Source: Theionarchaea archaeon
GTDB lineage: Archaea > Methanobacteriota_B > Thermococci > Methanofastidiosales > SZ-28-30
Length of the DNA: 64,000 bases
Direction of reading: 5' to 3'
NCBI GenBank assembly: GCA_018992685.1
Contig: JACVGT010000008.1
Coordinates: 1-64,000 of the forward strand
The notes beneath the pieces are model-generated. The model ran no database searches. It was not told the DNA's origin and saw only the letters and a program-made list of their open reading frames with translations. Shown piece after piece: positions 18,739 through 28,650 of the stretch; the stretch's first letter is position 1, and every line of letters starts with the position of its first letter. Made by a program: the position numbers and the translations under genes.

Positions 18739-19275
18739 ATGTTGATGGAGGACATCGAGCATTTTGCTGAATCCTGTTGCCAGCAGGATCCTGAAGACCC
18801 GCATCTTTTTGCTCACGTGCAGCTGGTAAGACAGTTTGCTGTGGAACTTGCCCGTTCCGAAACCGCAGACAGTGACGTGTGCGAGATAGCAGCCCTGCTC
18901 CATGATATTGGGAAGTGCACGGGAAGAAAAGATCATCACATAACTGGACGAGAGATGGCAGAACACGTTCTGGAGACAGTCACCCTCCAACAGGAAAGGA
19001 AAGACCTGATTCTGAAGTGTATTGTGAACCGCAGAGCCATCCCTTCAGAGGATGACGAGATTGAAGTCAGGATCGTGCAATCTGCTGACTGCCTGGGAGC
19101 ACTCTTCCATGATGAATGGCAGGAGCACTGCAGGAAGACAATGTCTCGGGACGTACTCATGCAGTTTTATAATGAAGGCTGCTTTCAAAGGCTCAGTATT
19201 GAATCTGCAAGAGCAATTGCCCTGCCCCGGCTGGAAATCCTGAAGGAACGGCTTATCACAGAATCCTTCCACTGA
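18739..19275 (+). CDS. HD domain protein
   Basis: H...V, AALLHDIGK, HH..G, SAD. Confidence 0.8.
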   Translation: MLMEDIEHFAESCCQQDPEDPHLFAHVQLVRQFAVELARSETADSDVCEIAALLHDIGKCTGRKDHHITGREMAEHVLETVTLQQERKDLILKCIVNRRAIPSEDDEIEVRIVQSADCLGALFHDEWQEHCRKTMSRDVLMQFYNEGCFQRLSIESARAIALPRLEILKERLITESFH

Positions 19276-19320
19276 CCCAGACCAGATGTATTCTCTCCGG
19301 GACACGGAATAGGACATGGG

Positions 19321-19914
19321 CTACCTGTGTTCTACAACATGCATGGCGAGATCTGCTAGGGTCTTCAGTATCAGAAACACCACCAGGGGAAGTGTCCCTG
19401 GCGAAATCACTCCAAAAACAATGATGACCAGATGCATGGGAAGGATACGAACGTAGGGAAAGAACATCACCCTGCCGATATTCGGTATCTTTTTCCTGTC
19501 CTGCCCCCTATTGTACCTGAATGAGAAGAAGTGATTAACTAGGAACACGAGAGATCCCAGTGCCACATACGGTATTTCAACGTGACCGCTCTGGGTAACC
19601 AGAAATGTCCCATAAATGAAGTGAAAGAACCCATAGTGGAGAGAGAAGAAAGTGGCCACCTGGCGTCTGGTCTTTGCAGTGGGAGGAACAGACTGATGGT
19701 TCATTGTGAACCCTTCTGTTGAGAACTTCTGCAGTGATAGAATGCGCGCGACATTGAACCCTCCAAGAATGACACTCTGGACCCAGTATACCGTCATGAG
19801 GGTACGCAGAGACCATGGTTCAACGAGAGCACAAACAATGGTGACGCCGTTGGAGAAAAGGAGCACCCAGAAGGATACGTCTTTATAGAAGTGTACAGGT
19901 CCTGGGTTGTTCAT
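19321..19914 (-). CDS. Membrane protein (DUF6498-like)
   Basis: YWVQSVILG, FFSLHYGFFH, PYVRILPMH, LKTLADL; hydrophobic. Confidence 0.7.
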   Translation of the reverse strand: MNNPGPVHFYKDVSFWVLLFSNGVTIVCALVEPWSLRTLMTVYWVQSVILGGFNVARILSLQKFSTEGFTMNHQSVPPTAKTRRQVATFFSLHYGFFHFIYGTFLVTQSGHVEIPYVALGSLVFLVNHFFSFRYNRGQDRKKIPNIGRVMFFPYVRILPMHLVIIVFGVISPGTLPLVVFLILKTLADLAMHVVEHR

Positions 19915-20059
19915 GCATGCACTCTAAGAGCAGCTATAAAAGGATTTCTTTCCTATTTCTGGCTGTAACCCCCTCTGCTGTAAACCTTTAAATATGTCAA
20001 CTGCCCAGACATACAAATGGATCCAGTTCGTGCAGCACGGATCGACAGGAGGGACTACC

Positions 20060-20575
20060 ATGAATGAAGAATATCTCAGAAAGACATTTCCTCAAATAGA
20101 TCTCATAAAAGACCCTGATCTCAGAAAAAAAGTCATTTCTACATTCTTAAAGACTGCTCAGAGTGGAGGCTGGGATACGCTTGAAGGAATACCTTTCACC
20201 CTGCTCACCGATACATCAGTTACCTTTGCGGACCATACCAAGGCAGTGACTGACATGGCTGTCCACTGTGCAGATGTCATGCAGAAGTTCGTTCCCATCA
20301 ACCGGGACTATGTGGTGGCAGGTGGGCTCTTACACGACGTGGGAAAGCTGCTGGAATATCAGAAGAAAGAAGGGAAGGTCACCCAGAGCAGGTATGGTGC
20401 CTTGCTGCGGCATCCCGTGTCCGGTGCAGTCATTGCTGGTGAAGTCGGTCTTCCCCCGGAGATCATCCACATTATTAGTGCCCACTCCAAAGAAGGTGAT
20501 GCTGTCAAGAGAATTCCTGAAGCCATCATCATCCATCACTGCGATTTCGTACACTTTGAGAGTTTGAAGAAATAG
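20060..20575 (+). CDS. HDIG/HD domain metal-dependent phosphohydrolase
   Basis: IPFTLL, DHT, GGLLHDVGKLLEY, RHPVSG, HS.EG, HHCD; SD AGGAGG. Confidence 0.88.
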   Translation: MNEEYLRKTFPQIDLIKDPDLRKKVISTFLKTAQSGGWDTLEGIPFTLLTDTSVTFADHTKAVTDMAVHCADVMQKFVPINRDYVVAGGLLHDVGKLLEYQKKEGKVTQSRYGALLRHPVSGAVIAGEVGLPPEIIHIISAHSKEGDAVKRIPEAIIIHHCDFVHFESLKK

Positions 20576-20687
20576 ACTGTTGCAGGTACCCCGTGAGACC
20601 TTCATACTCGAGTCAGGAGAACCAGGCTGCCCCGGGAATCTGCAATATTTATATTGATATATGAGAATGCGTGCTGGAGGTTTTCTC

Positions 20688-22064
20688 ATGGAATCTATCA
20701 GTCAAAAAATGGCACAATTCGCCCTCCGCCTGGAGTATAAGGACATCCCTCCAGAGGCGGTGAAGGAGGCTAAACGATTCCTCCTGGACAGCATCGGATG
20801 TGCCCTGGCTGCCTGTCATAATGAGGACATGGATAATGCAGTGCAGTATATTACAAATTTAGGCGGGCACCCACAATCCACCATCATTGGATATGGACAC
20901 AAAACCAACATGCCAAATGCAGCCCTGATGAACTCTCTTCTCATACGAGCTCTTGATTACAATGACATCTACTGGAAGCAGGACCCGTCTCACCCTTCAG
21001 ATATTATTCCCGCTGCCCTATGTCCTGGTGAATACCGACACTGCTCTGGAAAAGAGCTGATCACCAGTATTGTCATTGCGTATGAACTTGAGATGCGCCT
21101 GTGTCTGGCAGCTCATCCCGGTGTGCGGGAAGTCGGGTGGCACCATGCTACCCTGACCCAGTTCGTCAGCCCCATCGTGGCAGGCGTCTCCCTGGGATTG
21201 ACAGAGGAACAGATAGTGGCTGCTGTGGGCATCTCTGGATCTTCTCACTCCACCTTCGGTGGCGTGGTGGCAGGAGCTCTCACCAACATGAAGAACACGG
21301 CAGATCCCATGGCGACAGAAGCGGGTGTGCGGGCAGCCATGCTCGCTCAAACGGGATATACAGGACCTGTCCACGTGTATGAAGGAAAAGAGGGGTTGTT
21401 CCAGGTCATCAACAATGTCAAGTGGGATGAATCCATACTTACTGAGCATCTGGGCACGGACTTTCTGATTACCCAGTGTGAGTACAAGGCCTTCCCCACT
21501 GAAGCCTTGACCCATCAGCCAATAACTGCTGTCTTAACCCTCATGGAGGAGAACACCGTTGACCCACACCAGGTCACAGAAATCCTCGTTGAAACTACCA
21601 CACGGGGAGCTGACATTCTGTCTGATCCCTCAAAGTACAACCCCACCACCAAGGAGACAGCTGATCACTCCCTTCCCTACTGTATTGCGGTAGCTGCAGC
21701 CAAGGGGAACGTACTGCCCAGTGACTTTGAGGAACAAGCACTCTTTGACCCTCTGGTGCGGGAGTTGATCAAAAAGGTGAAAGTGGTCGCCAATCCGGAA
21801 ATTGATTCCCTCTTCCCCAAGATCAAGCGTGCCGTCTGTTCCATAACCACCAAAGAGGGAAAGACGTACACGAGACAGGAAGATTTCGCCAGGGGAAGCA
21901 CAGGATATCCCATGACAGACCAAGAGCTCGTCAGCAAGTTCAAAGCGAACTCAGGTACTCAGATGTCAGAATCACGTCTTGAAAAGATTACGGATGCCAC
22001 CTTCAACTGCGAAAAGTTCACAGATATCACCGATTACATGGAAATCCTTGTTAGCGACCTGTAA
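20688..22064 (+). CDS. prpD: MmgE/PrpD family protein (2-methylcitrate dehydratase-like)
   Basis: LDSIGCA, RALDYND, SHPSD, ETADHSLPY. Confidence 0.85.
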   Translation: MESISQKMAQFALRLEYKDIPPEAVKEAKRFLLDSIGCALAACHNEDMDNAVQYITNLGGHPQSTIIGYGHKTNMPNAALMNSLLIRALDYNDIYWKQDPSHPSDIIPAALCPGEYRHCSGKELITSIVIAYELEMRLCLAAHPGVREVGWHHATLTQFVSPIVAGVSLGLTEEQIVAAVGISGSSHSTFGGVVAGALTNMKNTADPMATEAGVRAAMLAQTGYTGPVHVYEGKEGLFQVINNVKWDESILTEHLGTDFLITQCEYKAFPTEALTHQPITAVLTLMEENTVDPHQVTEILVETTTRGADILSDPSKYNPTTKETADHSLPYCIAVAAAKGNVLPSDFEEQALFDPLVRELIKKVKVVANPEIDSLFPKIKRAVCSITTKEGKTYTRQEDFARGSTGYPMTDQELVSKFKANSGTQMSESRLEKITDATFNCEKFTDITDYMEILVSDL

Positions 22065-22343
22065 TTTCCTTTTCTTTCTTTCTTGAATGTTTTCATTTTC
22101 TATCTTCTTGAAATGACCTGTGTTATTGAACCAGAACTCTGGGGAATGTCCTCTGGTCATTTTCAAATGCTCAGTACGGCACGTGCAGTTCAAACCTCCT
22201 CATAGTGCCTCTTACACGGGTAGTTCTTCATCTACTTTACATAAGTAAATATAACTGAATTCCAGGACTGGAATCAAAGCACGGTACCGTATTTGTTCCA
22301 CAACATTTAAAAGGTAGATGCAGAATAACGAGCAGGTGTTACT

Positions 22344-23309
22344 ATGCCCGAGAAAAAGGAGTATGATGTTGTCATTGTTGGAGGAGGACCTGGAGGACTC
22401 ACTACTGGCATCATGTGCGCGGACAGAAAGCTTGACGTTCTGGTGCTGGAAGGTGGAACGTGGGGAGGGCTGCTGGCCACACTCTATCCTAACAAGGTGA
22501 TCCCGAATTATCCAGGATTTCCTGACGGAATTGTCGCCATTGAGCTGGTGAGACGTTGGCTGAAGCAGGCCAAAGCATCAGGTATCGACATGAAAAACGA
22601 ACGAGTCGTGGAGATAACCCCTGATAGAAAGGTCATAGTCCAAGATGGAAAAGAATACCGTGGCAAAGTGATCATTATTGCAGTCGGGATCAGACCTCGA
22701 GAGCTGGGAATTGCCGGTGAATCAAAGTTCAATAAGAAAGACAAAGGTGTCTTCTACTATGTAACCCACCCAGAAGACTTCATTAGCAAGCACGTGCTGG
22801 TGATAGGAGGGGGAGACACTGCTATTGATGCCACTCTTGATCTGGTAGACCTGGCTCAGGAAATTACGATTGCTCATCGTAAGGAAGCCTTCAGAGGAGT
22901 TGATGAAAACGTTGAAAAGATGAAGAAGAGCGAAAAGATCAATATCCTCATGAACACTGAACTGGAAAAGATTGAAGGAGACGACACGGTGAAAAAGGTA
23001 ACCCTGTGGAACAACCGAGAAGACAGGAGTTACCAGATGGATATGGACGCAGTTATTCTCAGTGTCGGAATGGTACCCAACAGTGAAATCTTCGACAAGG
23101 TTGGCATCAAGGCAGACAAGAGAGGATACATTGTCACCGACACATCACAGAGAACGAATGTTGAAGGAATCTTCGCTGTGGGGGACATTGTGGAAGGCGC
23201 GTTCAAACTGATCATTGTGGGAGCAGCACATGGTGCAGTGGCGGCTCACCACGCTTATGCATATATCAACAAGCCATACTGGGCGGCTGAAGAACAGTGG
23301 AAGGGATAG
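22344..23309 (+). CDS. Thioredoxin-reductase-like FAD/NAD(P) oxidoreductase, probably ferredoxin-NADP+ reductase type
   Basis: GGGPGG, GGLLATLYPNK, GGGDTA, FAVGD; CxxC is replaced by YYVT. Confidence 0.8.
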   Translation: MPEKKEYDVVIVGGGPGGLTTGIMCADRKLDVLVLEGGTWGGLLATLYPNKVIPNYPGFPDGIVAIELVRRWLKQAKASGIDMKNERVVEITPDRKVIVQDGKEYRGKVIIIAVGIRPRELGIAGESKFNKKDKGVFYYVTHPEDFISKHVLVIGGGDTAIDATLDLVDLAQEITIAHRKEAFRGVDENVEKMKKSEKINILMNTELEKIEGDDTVKKVTLWNNREDRSYQMDMDAVILSVGMVPNSEIFDKVGIKADKRGYIVTDTSQRTNVEGIFAVGDIVEGAFKLIIVGAAHGAVAAHHAYAYINKPYWAAEEQWKG

Positions 23310-23501
23310 TCCTTCCTTTCTTTTCCATTCATGATGGACGGCGACGTGAAGAGTTACGTTGAAGAAGATTTGTGGACACGGGATTCTTCTGCCCTGTGCT
23401 CGATATGTGGAATTGCCTGTACCCCGGGCCTGCTGGTTTTGGATGTCTAGATTCTCAGAATTTGCATAAAACCCCCACTCAAACCCGCATGGTTCAACAC
23501 A

Positions 23502-24722
23502 ATGTTTTTAAGACAACTGATTGCAGGGGACAAAGTGAAAAAAGCCCCTGTGTATATTACCGTTGCAGGGTATTCCATTGGACTGTATGCCCTCACGTAC
23601 GTGGACTATTTTGCGGTGGCACTGGGGACAACTCCCTTGCTGCAGTCTGTTTTGGTCAGTGTGAGAAACCTGGGTGGGAACATGCTGCAGCTCTTCTGGG
23701 GGGCTCTGTCAGATAAGAGAGGTAGGAAAACCTTTCTGTTGTATGGATTTTTAGTGTATGGAGTAACCTCTGTGAGTTTTCTGGCAATATCCTCCCCTAT
23801 CACTCTCATTCTGCTGGTCATCATACAGTCATTGCTGGGTTCGACTATCGTACCGGCGTGGAATGCACTGCTTGGTGACTATAGTGTGAGAAAAACCAGG
23901 GGCGCATTCATTGGAGAGGTTACTGCATTTGGAACTGTTGCTGCTGTCTTTGCCATTTTACTCATAGGATATGTCTCTGATTTGGTCCCGGGGGAAATCA
24001 ACCAGTACTTTGTGCCCTTTGCCGTGGCTGCCTTCTGTTTCTTCCTGGCTGCTGTGTCCTCCCGGAGGATTACGGAACACATGAAGCCCGTGACCGCCAC
24101 GGCGACACTGCGAGAAGCAGTCCTCAAGGACAGGCGGTTCACCAAGTTCCTGTGGATCAATGGGATCTACCGGGCGATGATGGCTCTGGCCTGGCCTCTT
24201 TTCGCCTTCGTAACGGTGGATGTCGTCGGGGCAACCAAGTTTCAAATATCAATTATCTGGGCTATCCACATGTTCATAGGGGCACTCAGCCAGAAATATG
24301 GAGGGATGCTTTCCGATAGAATCGGCAGGAGAAAATCTCTTTTCTGGTTTCATCTCCCCTTTTTCATGGTGTCCTTGTTGTATGCAATCGCAGACAACTG
24401 GTTGTATCTGGTGGCAGCCTCGTTTCTTGGTGGATTCGGTATGGGGGCAGGAACTGTCGCCCTCAATTCATACATATTGGATTGTGCACATGAGGAGAAA
24501 CGCGCTTCATATACTGCCCTGAACAATGTGGTGTTCGGGATAACATCTTTTTGTGCCAGCATGGCATCAGGCGCTGCCGCTGAATACGTTACTGGAACAC
24601 TTGGATTGGTTCCTGCTCTTCATGCGATGCTCCTGTCAATTTCGGTGCTTCGGTTCTGCTCGGTGTTTCTGTACTTGAAGACAGATGAAACCCTGTATGC
24701 AGTAGGTGTAGAATCTACTTGA
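23502..24722 (+). CDS. MFS transporter
   Basis: GALSDKRGRK and GMLSDRIGRR motifs; 12-TM pattern. Confidence 0.9.
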   Translation: MFLRQLIAGDKVKKAPVYITVAGYSIGLYALTYVDYFAVALGTTPLLQSVLVSVRNLGGNMLQLFWGALSDKRGRKTFLLYGFLVYGVTSVSFLAISSPITLILLVIIQSLLGSTIVPAWNALLGDYSVRKTRGAFIGEVTAFGTVAAVFAILLIGYVSDLVPGEINQYFVPFAVAAFCFFLAAVSSRRITEHMKPVTATATLREAVLKDRRFTKFLWINGIYRAMMALAWPLFAFVTVDVVGATKFQISIIWAIHMFIGALSQKYGGMLSDRIGRRKSLFWFHLPFFMVSLLYAIADNWLYLVAASFLGGFGMGAGTVALNSYILDCAHEEKRASYTALNNVVFGITSFCASMASGAAAEYVTGTLGLVPALHAMLLSISVLRFCSVFLYLKTDETLYAVGVEST

Positions 24723-25182
24723 TAGATAACCGGATATCTTCTTTTGTGGTATGGATGCAGATGAGCAGGTTGAGGTCACGAACGCTCCCAATGGCCGCAA
24801 CCTTTTCAATGAGAAATGCCCTCAAGGCAGTGGTATCCGGAACCTTGACTTTGATCAATATGTCCTGCTCCCCCGAGATTTCATGGACTTCCAGGACCTC
24901 GTCCACCTGTGCCAGCTTCTGTGCAGTTTCCTCAACAGCAGAAATTGGATGGACAGACACGCCAATATATGCAGTCGTTGAAATTCCTATCATCTCCCCA
25001 TCCAGTAGAGGTACAACTGCTTTGATCACTTTCTGATCTTTCAATCGTTTCGTTCTATCGTAGATTGTAGATTCGGGAGCACCTATTTCCGAAGCAAGGA
25101 TTTTATACGATGTGGTGGCATCCTCCTGCAATTTCCTGAGAATTCTCTTGTCAAGCTCGTCCAGTTTCGGCTCCCTCTTCAT
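24715..25182 (-). CDS. Lrp/AsnC family transcriptional regulator
   Basis: LDELDKRIL..LQED wHTH; EVHEISGEQD RAM domain. Confidence 0.92.
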   Translation of the reverse strand: MKREPKLDELDKRILRKLQEDATTSYKILASEIGAPESTIYDRTKRLKDQKVIKAVVPLLDGEMIGISTTAYIGVSVHPISAVEETAQKLAQVDEVLEVHEISGEQDILIKVKVPDTTALRAFLIEKVAAIGSVRDLNLLICIHTTKEDIRLSIK

Positions 25183-25666
25183 GAGTAGGATTCACGGTGG
25201 ATATATTTATTCTTTGTGGTAGGGTTGCATTTTTGAGTAATCAGTCCTCAGTTATCAGGTTTGAGTACTTCCAGACTATGGGAATCGTGCGAATTACAGA
25301 CAGAAAAGGCTGTCTTATACCTGTGGTCTCGGGCATCATCACCCGATCCTTTTCTGACAATAACAGGGGCAATCCACGAACCTCCACCAATTCCCTGTTC
25401 AGATATGCCTTTTACCTTTATCCACCGTCAACCGAACAAAAAGCAGATGACGGCGTGCGCCAGAATACCTTGGAACAATCTCACCGCGGACCCGAACAAT
25501 CAACATCAAGATATCCTGAATTCGAAACTCGATGGATAATCAAGAAACCACCTCTCGGAGTTGACCTGATTCCCGAGGTTGATGGGGCTCAGGATGATTC
25601 TTTCAGGGTTCCAGTGGAGTCTGGACGCTGCATAAGGTTTAAATACAACGTTGAAAGGTCATAGTA

Positions 25667-26716
25667 ATGAGTGTCCCTGATCTCATCGTGGTGCTTTTCC
25701 TCTTGATTGTTGTATATGACTGCTACTACTTTATCATCTTTCTTTACCAGAGTTTCAAGGCACCTGCCATTGAGTACTCCCCTCGCAGTTCTGTGATCAT
25801 ACCTGTGTACAACAATGAGTCCACCATCGGTCTGTGTGTACAGGCCGTTCTGGATTCTGATTACCTTCTTGAAGAGGTCATTGTGGTGAACGATGGATCT
25901 ACTGACCGTACACACGATATTCTCCAGAACCTGACAGGCATAACAGTGTACAGCATACCACATTCAGGGAAAGCCGCTGCCCTCAACTACGGGATCGCTC
26001 ACTCAAGAGGGGATGTTGTCACTCTTGATGCCGATACTACAGTCAGAAAAGACACAATCAGAATGCTGGTCCGCAATTTGCAGCTCTATGATGCAGTGGC
26101 GGGTAACCTCCAGGTCTTCAATGCAAGAACATTCTTGGGGAGGTGCCAGGCTATTGAACACGTCAGGGTGGCCATGTTCAGAAAAGTGGCCCAGTACTTT
26201 GACGATGTTGATATTGTCCCAGGACCCATTGGAGCATTCAAACGAGAAGTGTTTTCGAAGGTCATCTACGGATCATCCATGGTGGAAGATATGGAGTTAA
26301 CCCGTAACCTGAAACGGGAGGGGTTTACTGTGGGGTATGAACAGGAAGCAAAAGCCTACACCCAGATGCCTGACAAATGGATACCCTTTGTGAGGCAGCG
26401 CTTCAGATGGGCAAAGGGAAATCTGCATCTGTTGCTTGAGGGGAATGCACCCGTAAGGAAGTTCCTGATGGGGTATGGGCTATCCTCAGCAGATATAGTG
26501 CTGGTGATTCTGTGTTTCCTGTACGGGCAATATCTGGTCTTGGCCCTTTTTCTGGGGTTTGAATCTGTCACCATGATCATTGGAACTTACAGGGAAAAGG
26601 CCACCCTGTTTGTTGAATCACTGTTCTTCCCGGTGTTCATGCTTTTTCTGGACAGTATATTCCTTTTATCTCATTTTGTGGGATTTTTTTCCATTCTTTG
26701 CCTACATCGATCTTAG
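25667..26716 (+). CDS. GT2 family glycosyltransferase (processive type, membrane-bound)
   Basis: VIIPVYN, NDGSTD, GKAAALN, DAD, ED, QRFRW. Confidence 0.9.
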   Translation: MSVPDLIVVLFLLIVVYDCYYFIIFLYQSFKAPAIEYSPRSSVIIPVYNNESTIGLCVQAVLDSDYLLEEVIVVNDGSTDRTHDILQNLTGITVYSIPHSGKAAALNYGIAHSRGDVVTLDADTTVRKDTIRMLVRNLQLYDAVAGNLQVFNARTFLGRCQAIEHVRVAMFRKVAQYFDDVDIVPGPIGAFKREVFSKVIYGSSMVEDMELTRNLKREGFTVGYEQEAKAYTQMPDKWIPFVRQRFRWAKGNLHLLLEGNAPVRKFLMGYGLSSADIVLVILCFLYGQYLVLALFLGFESVTMIIGTYREKATLFVESLFFPVFMLFLDSIFLLSHFVGFFSILCLHRS

Positions 26717-27772
26717 ATATTCTTTTACAGAAGAACAGGCACCACATCTGACGCAGCCTGCCTTATTCTTGAAGGGATCTATTCCTGCTTCCATCATTTT
26801 TTTGGCTGCCCAAACAGAATACATCTGAACAACATCAAGAGATGGCAGGGGGTGAGATTCCAGAACAGTTCCCGGGAGAGGTCTGAATGGAACAACAAAG
26901 GGGATCACACCGTGCTGTACCATGTTTTCAATGCCTGTCTTGGTTTTCCTTTCATCTTCTCCCAATCCCACCAGGATATAGGAACTGACCTGATTTTCGC
27001 CGAAAATATCTACAGCATCCTCCCATGCACGGCTGAATTCTGAAAAATTCTTTGACGGACAGATTTTCTCAAACAATGTCTCATCCACAGTTTCAATGTG
27101 GATGCCAATGGTGTCTGCCCCCTGGTCTCTCAATAGTTCCTGATACGTCCTGGGTACTGGCTCGAGCTGAGAATGAACAGGCAATCCTGTCCGCTTGAGA
27201 GCAGCAGCACACTCAGCCAGCATGAATGCTCCCCTGTCACTGGTATTGACAGTACCTGTGGTCAGGGTAACGTGAGAGGCACCTTCTTTCTTTGCTGCCT
27301 CTGCCACTTCCTCAAGTTGCTGAGGGGTTTTTTGCTGGATCGTTCCTCCATACTCCAGTGACCGTTCAATCCCGCAGAACCAGCAGGGCGCAGTCCTCCA
27401 CCTGACGCATCTCTGGTATACCGTGGTGGCCAGACAATCCACACCATGCAGGAGTGCGATTTTCTTGTAGGGAACACCCTCTCGTGTGGTGAGATCATAG
27501 AAGTATGGATCTTTCACTACGTGAACTGGCAGCCTGTCCCGGAAAGTGCTTTCGGGATTTCTGTCCACCAGAACACAGAGTTCATCTTCCTCTTCCAACC
27601 AGATATCAGAATCCATGGCAGCCCCATACACGAAACAGTTCACCACCATCTTCTCCACCACCACATATCTTCCGCCTGCAGGGCCTGCCCCTCCCCTCCT
27701 TGCTGTTCTCATTAATTCTGGCACCCGCACTCCCTGACAGAGTAACCTGGTCTTCAAATCCGCACTATTCAT
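26702..27772 (-). CDS. Radical SAM protein, MSMEG_0568 / LipS1-like
   Basis: RRGGAGPAG, KIALLHG, atypically spaced CVRWRTAPCWFC, C-terminal KAGCVRCGACS. Confidence 0.8.
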   Translation of the reverse strand: MNSADLKTRLLCQGVRVPELMRTARRGGAGPAGGRYVVVEKMVVNCFVYGAAMDSDIWLEEEDELCVLVDRNPESTFRDRLPVHVVKDPYFYDLTTREGVPYKKIALLHGVDCLATTVYQRCVRWRTAPCWFCGIERSLEYGGTIQQKTPQQLEEVAEAAKKEGASHVTLTTGTVNTSDRGAFMLAECAAALKRTGLPVHSQLEPVPRTYQELLRDQGADTIGIHIETVDETLFEKICPSKNFSEFSRAWEDAVDIFGENQVSSYILVGLGEDERKTKTGIENMVQHGVIPFVVPFRPLPGTVLESHPLPSLDVVQMYSVWAAKKMMEAGIDPFKNKAGCVRCGACSSVKEYLRSM

Positions 27773-28235
27773 GACACCACCTCTCATACTTTTGAACCGT
27801 CATTCCCGGAGCCTGCTCAAAGACAGGCCCCTTCTTGGAGAAGCCATACTTCTCAACCAGGCGGAGGCATCCCCTGTGACTGGTCAGGATATTGACGTAG
27901 TTTTTCCTACAGTGTTGATCATGAGCAAACTGTATAAACTGGCTGTACATGGCAGAAGCAATCCCTTGTCCCACATAGTCCGGGAGGATTGATTGATGCT
28001 CCCCGAAACACCCCTCCTCAGTTATCAGCAGCTTGTAGCAACCGACAATCTTCCCCCTATCTCTGGCCCCGAAGAACCGGAACCCTGATTGCATCTCCTG
28101 TTTGACTTTCTGACTGCTGATCTTACGCCTCTCTCTCCACGCTTCAGGATACTCATGAGCACATGACCATACCTTCGTGAACAGGTCTTCCAGTTCTTCT
28201 GCATCTTCTTCTGTGAATTCTTCAATATTCTGCAC
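27765..28235 (-). CDS. GNAT family N-acetyltransferase
   Basis: ILPDYVGQGIA acetyl-CoA motif; LVEKYGF; overlaps the radical SAM start. Confidence 0.85.
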   Translation of the reverse strand: MQNIEEFTEEDAEELEDLFTKVWSCAHEYPEAWRERRKISSQKVKQEMQSGFRFFGARDRGKIVGCYKLLITEEGCFGEHQSILPDYVGQGIASAMYSQFIQFAHDQHCRKNYVNILTSHRGCLRLVEKYGFSKKGPVFEQAPGMTVQKYERWCHE

Positions 28236-28358
28236 AGAGAAACATCATTCACCTCATTTAAATAGGTGTGGATTCTGTACTCAGGGGATAGTAAAACGTG
28301 AGAAAACGGAGTGTTGAACGTGAGTAACCTTTATAAACAGCCTCTAGGAACACAGAGT

Positions 28359-28517
28359 ATGGACATGAAACTCAGAGACATCGTACAGTGCCCAAAGTGT
28401 GGATTCCGATTCAGTAAATCATATTCCAGAATAACCAGTTGCAAAGGCTGTCCTCAATCTGCGGGTCAATGTGGTCTGATCCGGTGCCCCAAATGCAGCA
28501 ATGAATTCACCGGTTAG
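28359..28517 (+). CDS. Small Cys-rich zinc-ribbon protein
   Basis: CPKCG...CKGCP...C...CPKC; TATA CTTTATAAA about 25 nt upstream. Confidence 0.75.
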   Translation: MDMKLRDIVQCPKCGFRFSKSYSRITSCKGCPQSAGQCGLIRCPKCSNEFTG

Positions 28518-28650
28518 GTTGCCAGAATTCTCAGCAGAGTAAATCCTGCAGGTTCCTTCTGATCTTACAGTCATTTTCTCAATCGTGTTTATGAGATACT
28601 GAAAGGTTGCTATCCAAAACCCTTATAAAGGATTTTGCCGTTCAAAACTT

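Noticed and set aside
18349-18990. Long antisense ORFs (also 11632-12240, 61552-62292, 17132-17704)
   Set aside because: They are shadow frames of well-supported genes on the opposite strand
25197-25664. 155-aa and 92-aa ORFs between the Lrp and GT2 genes
   Set aside because: No recognisable motifs, atypical composition, and overlap with the promoters of both neighbours
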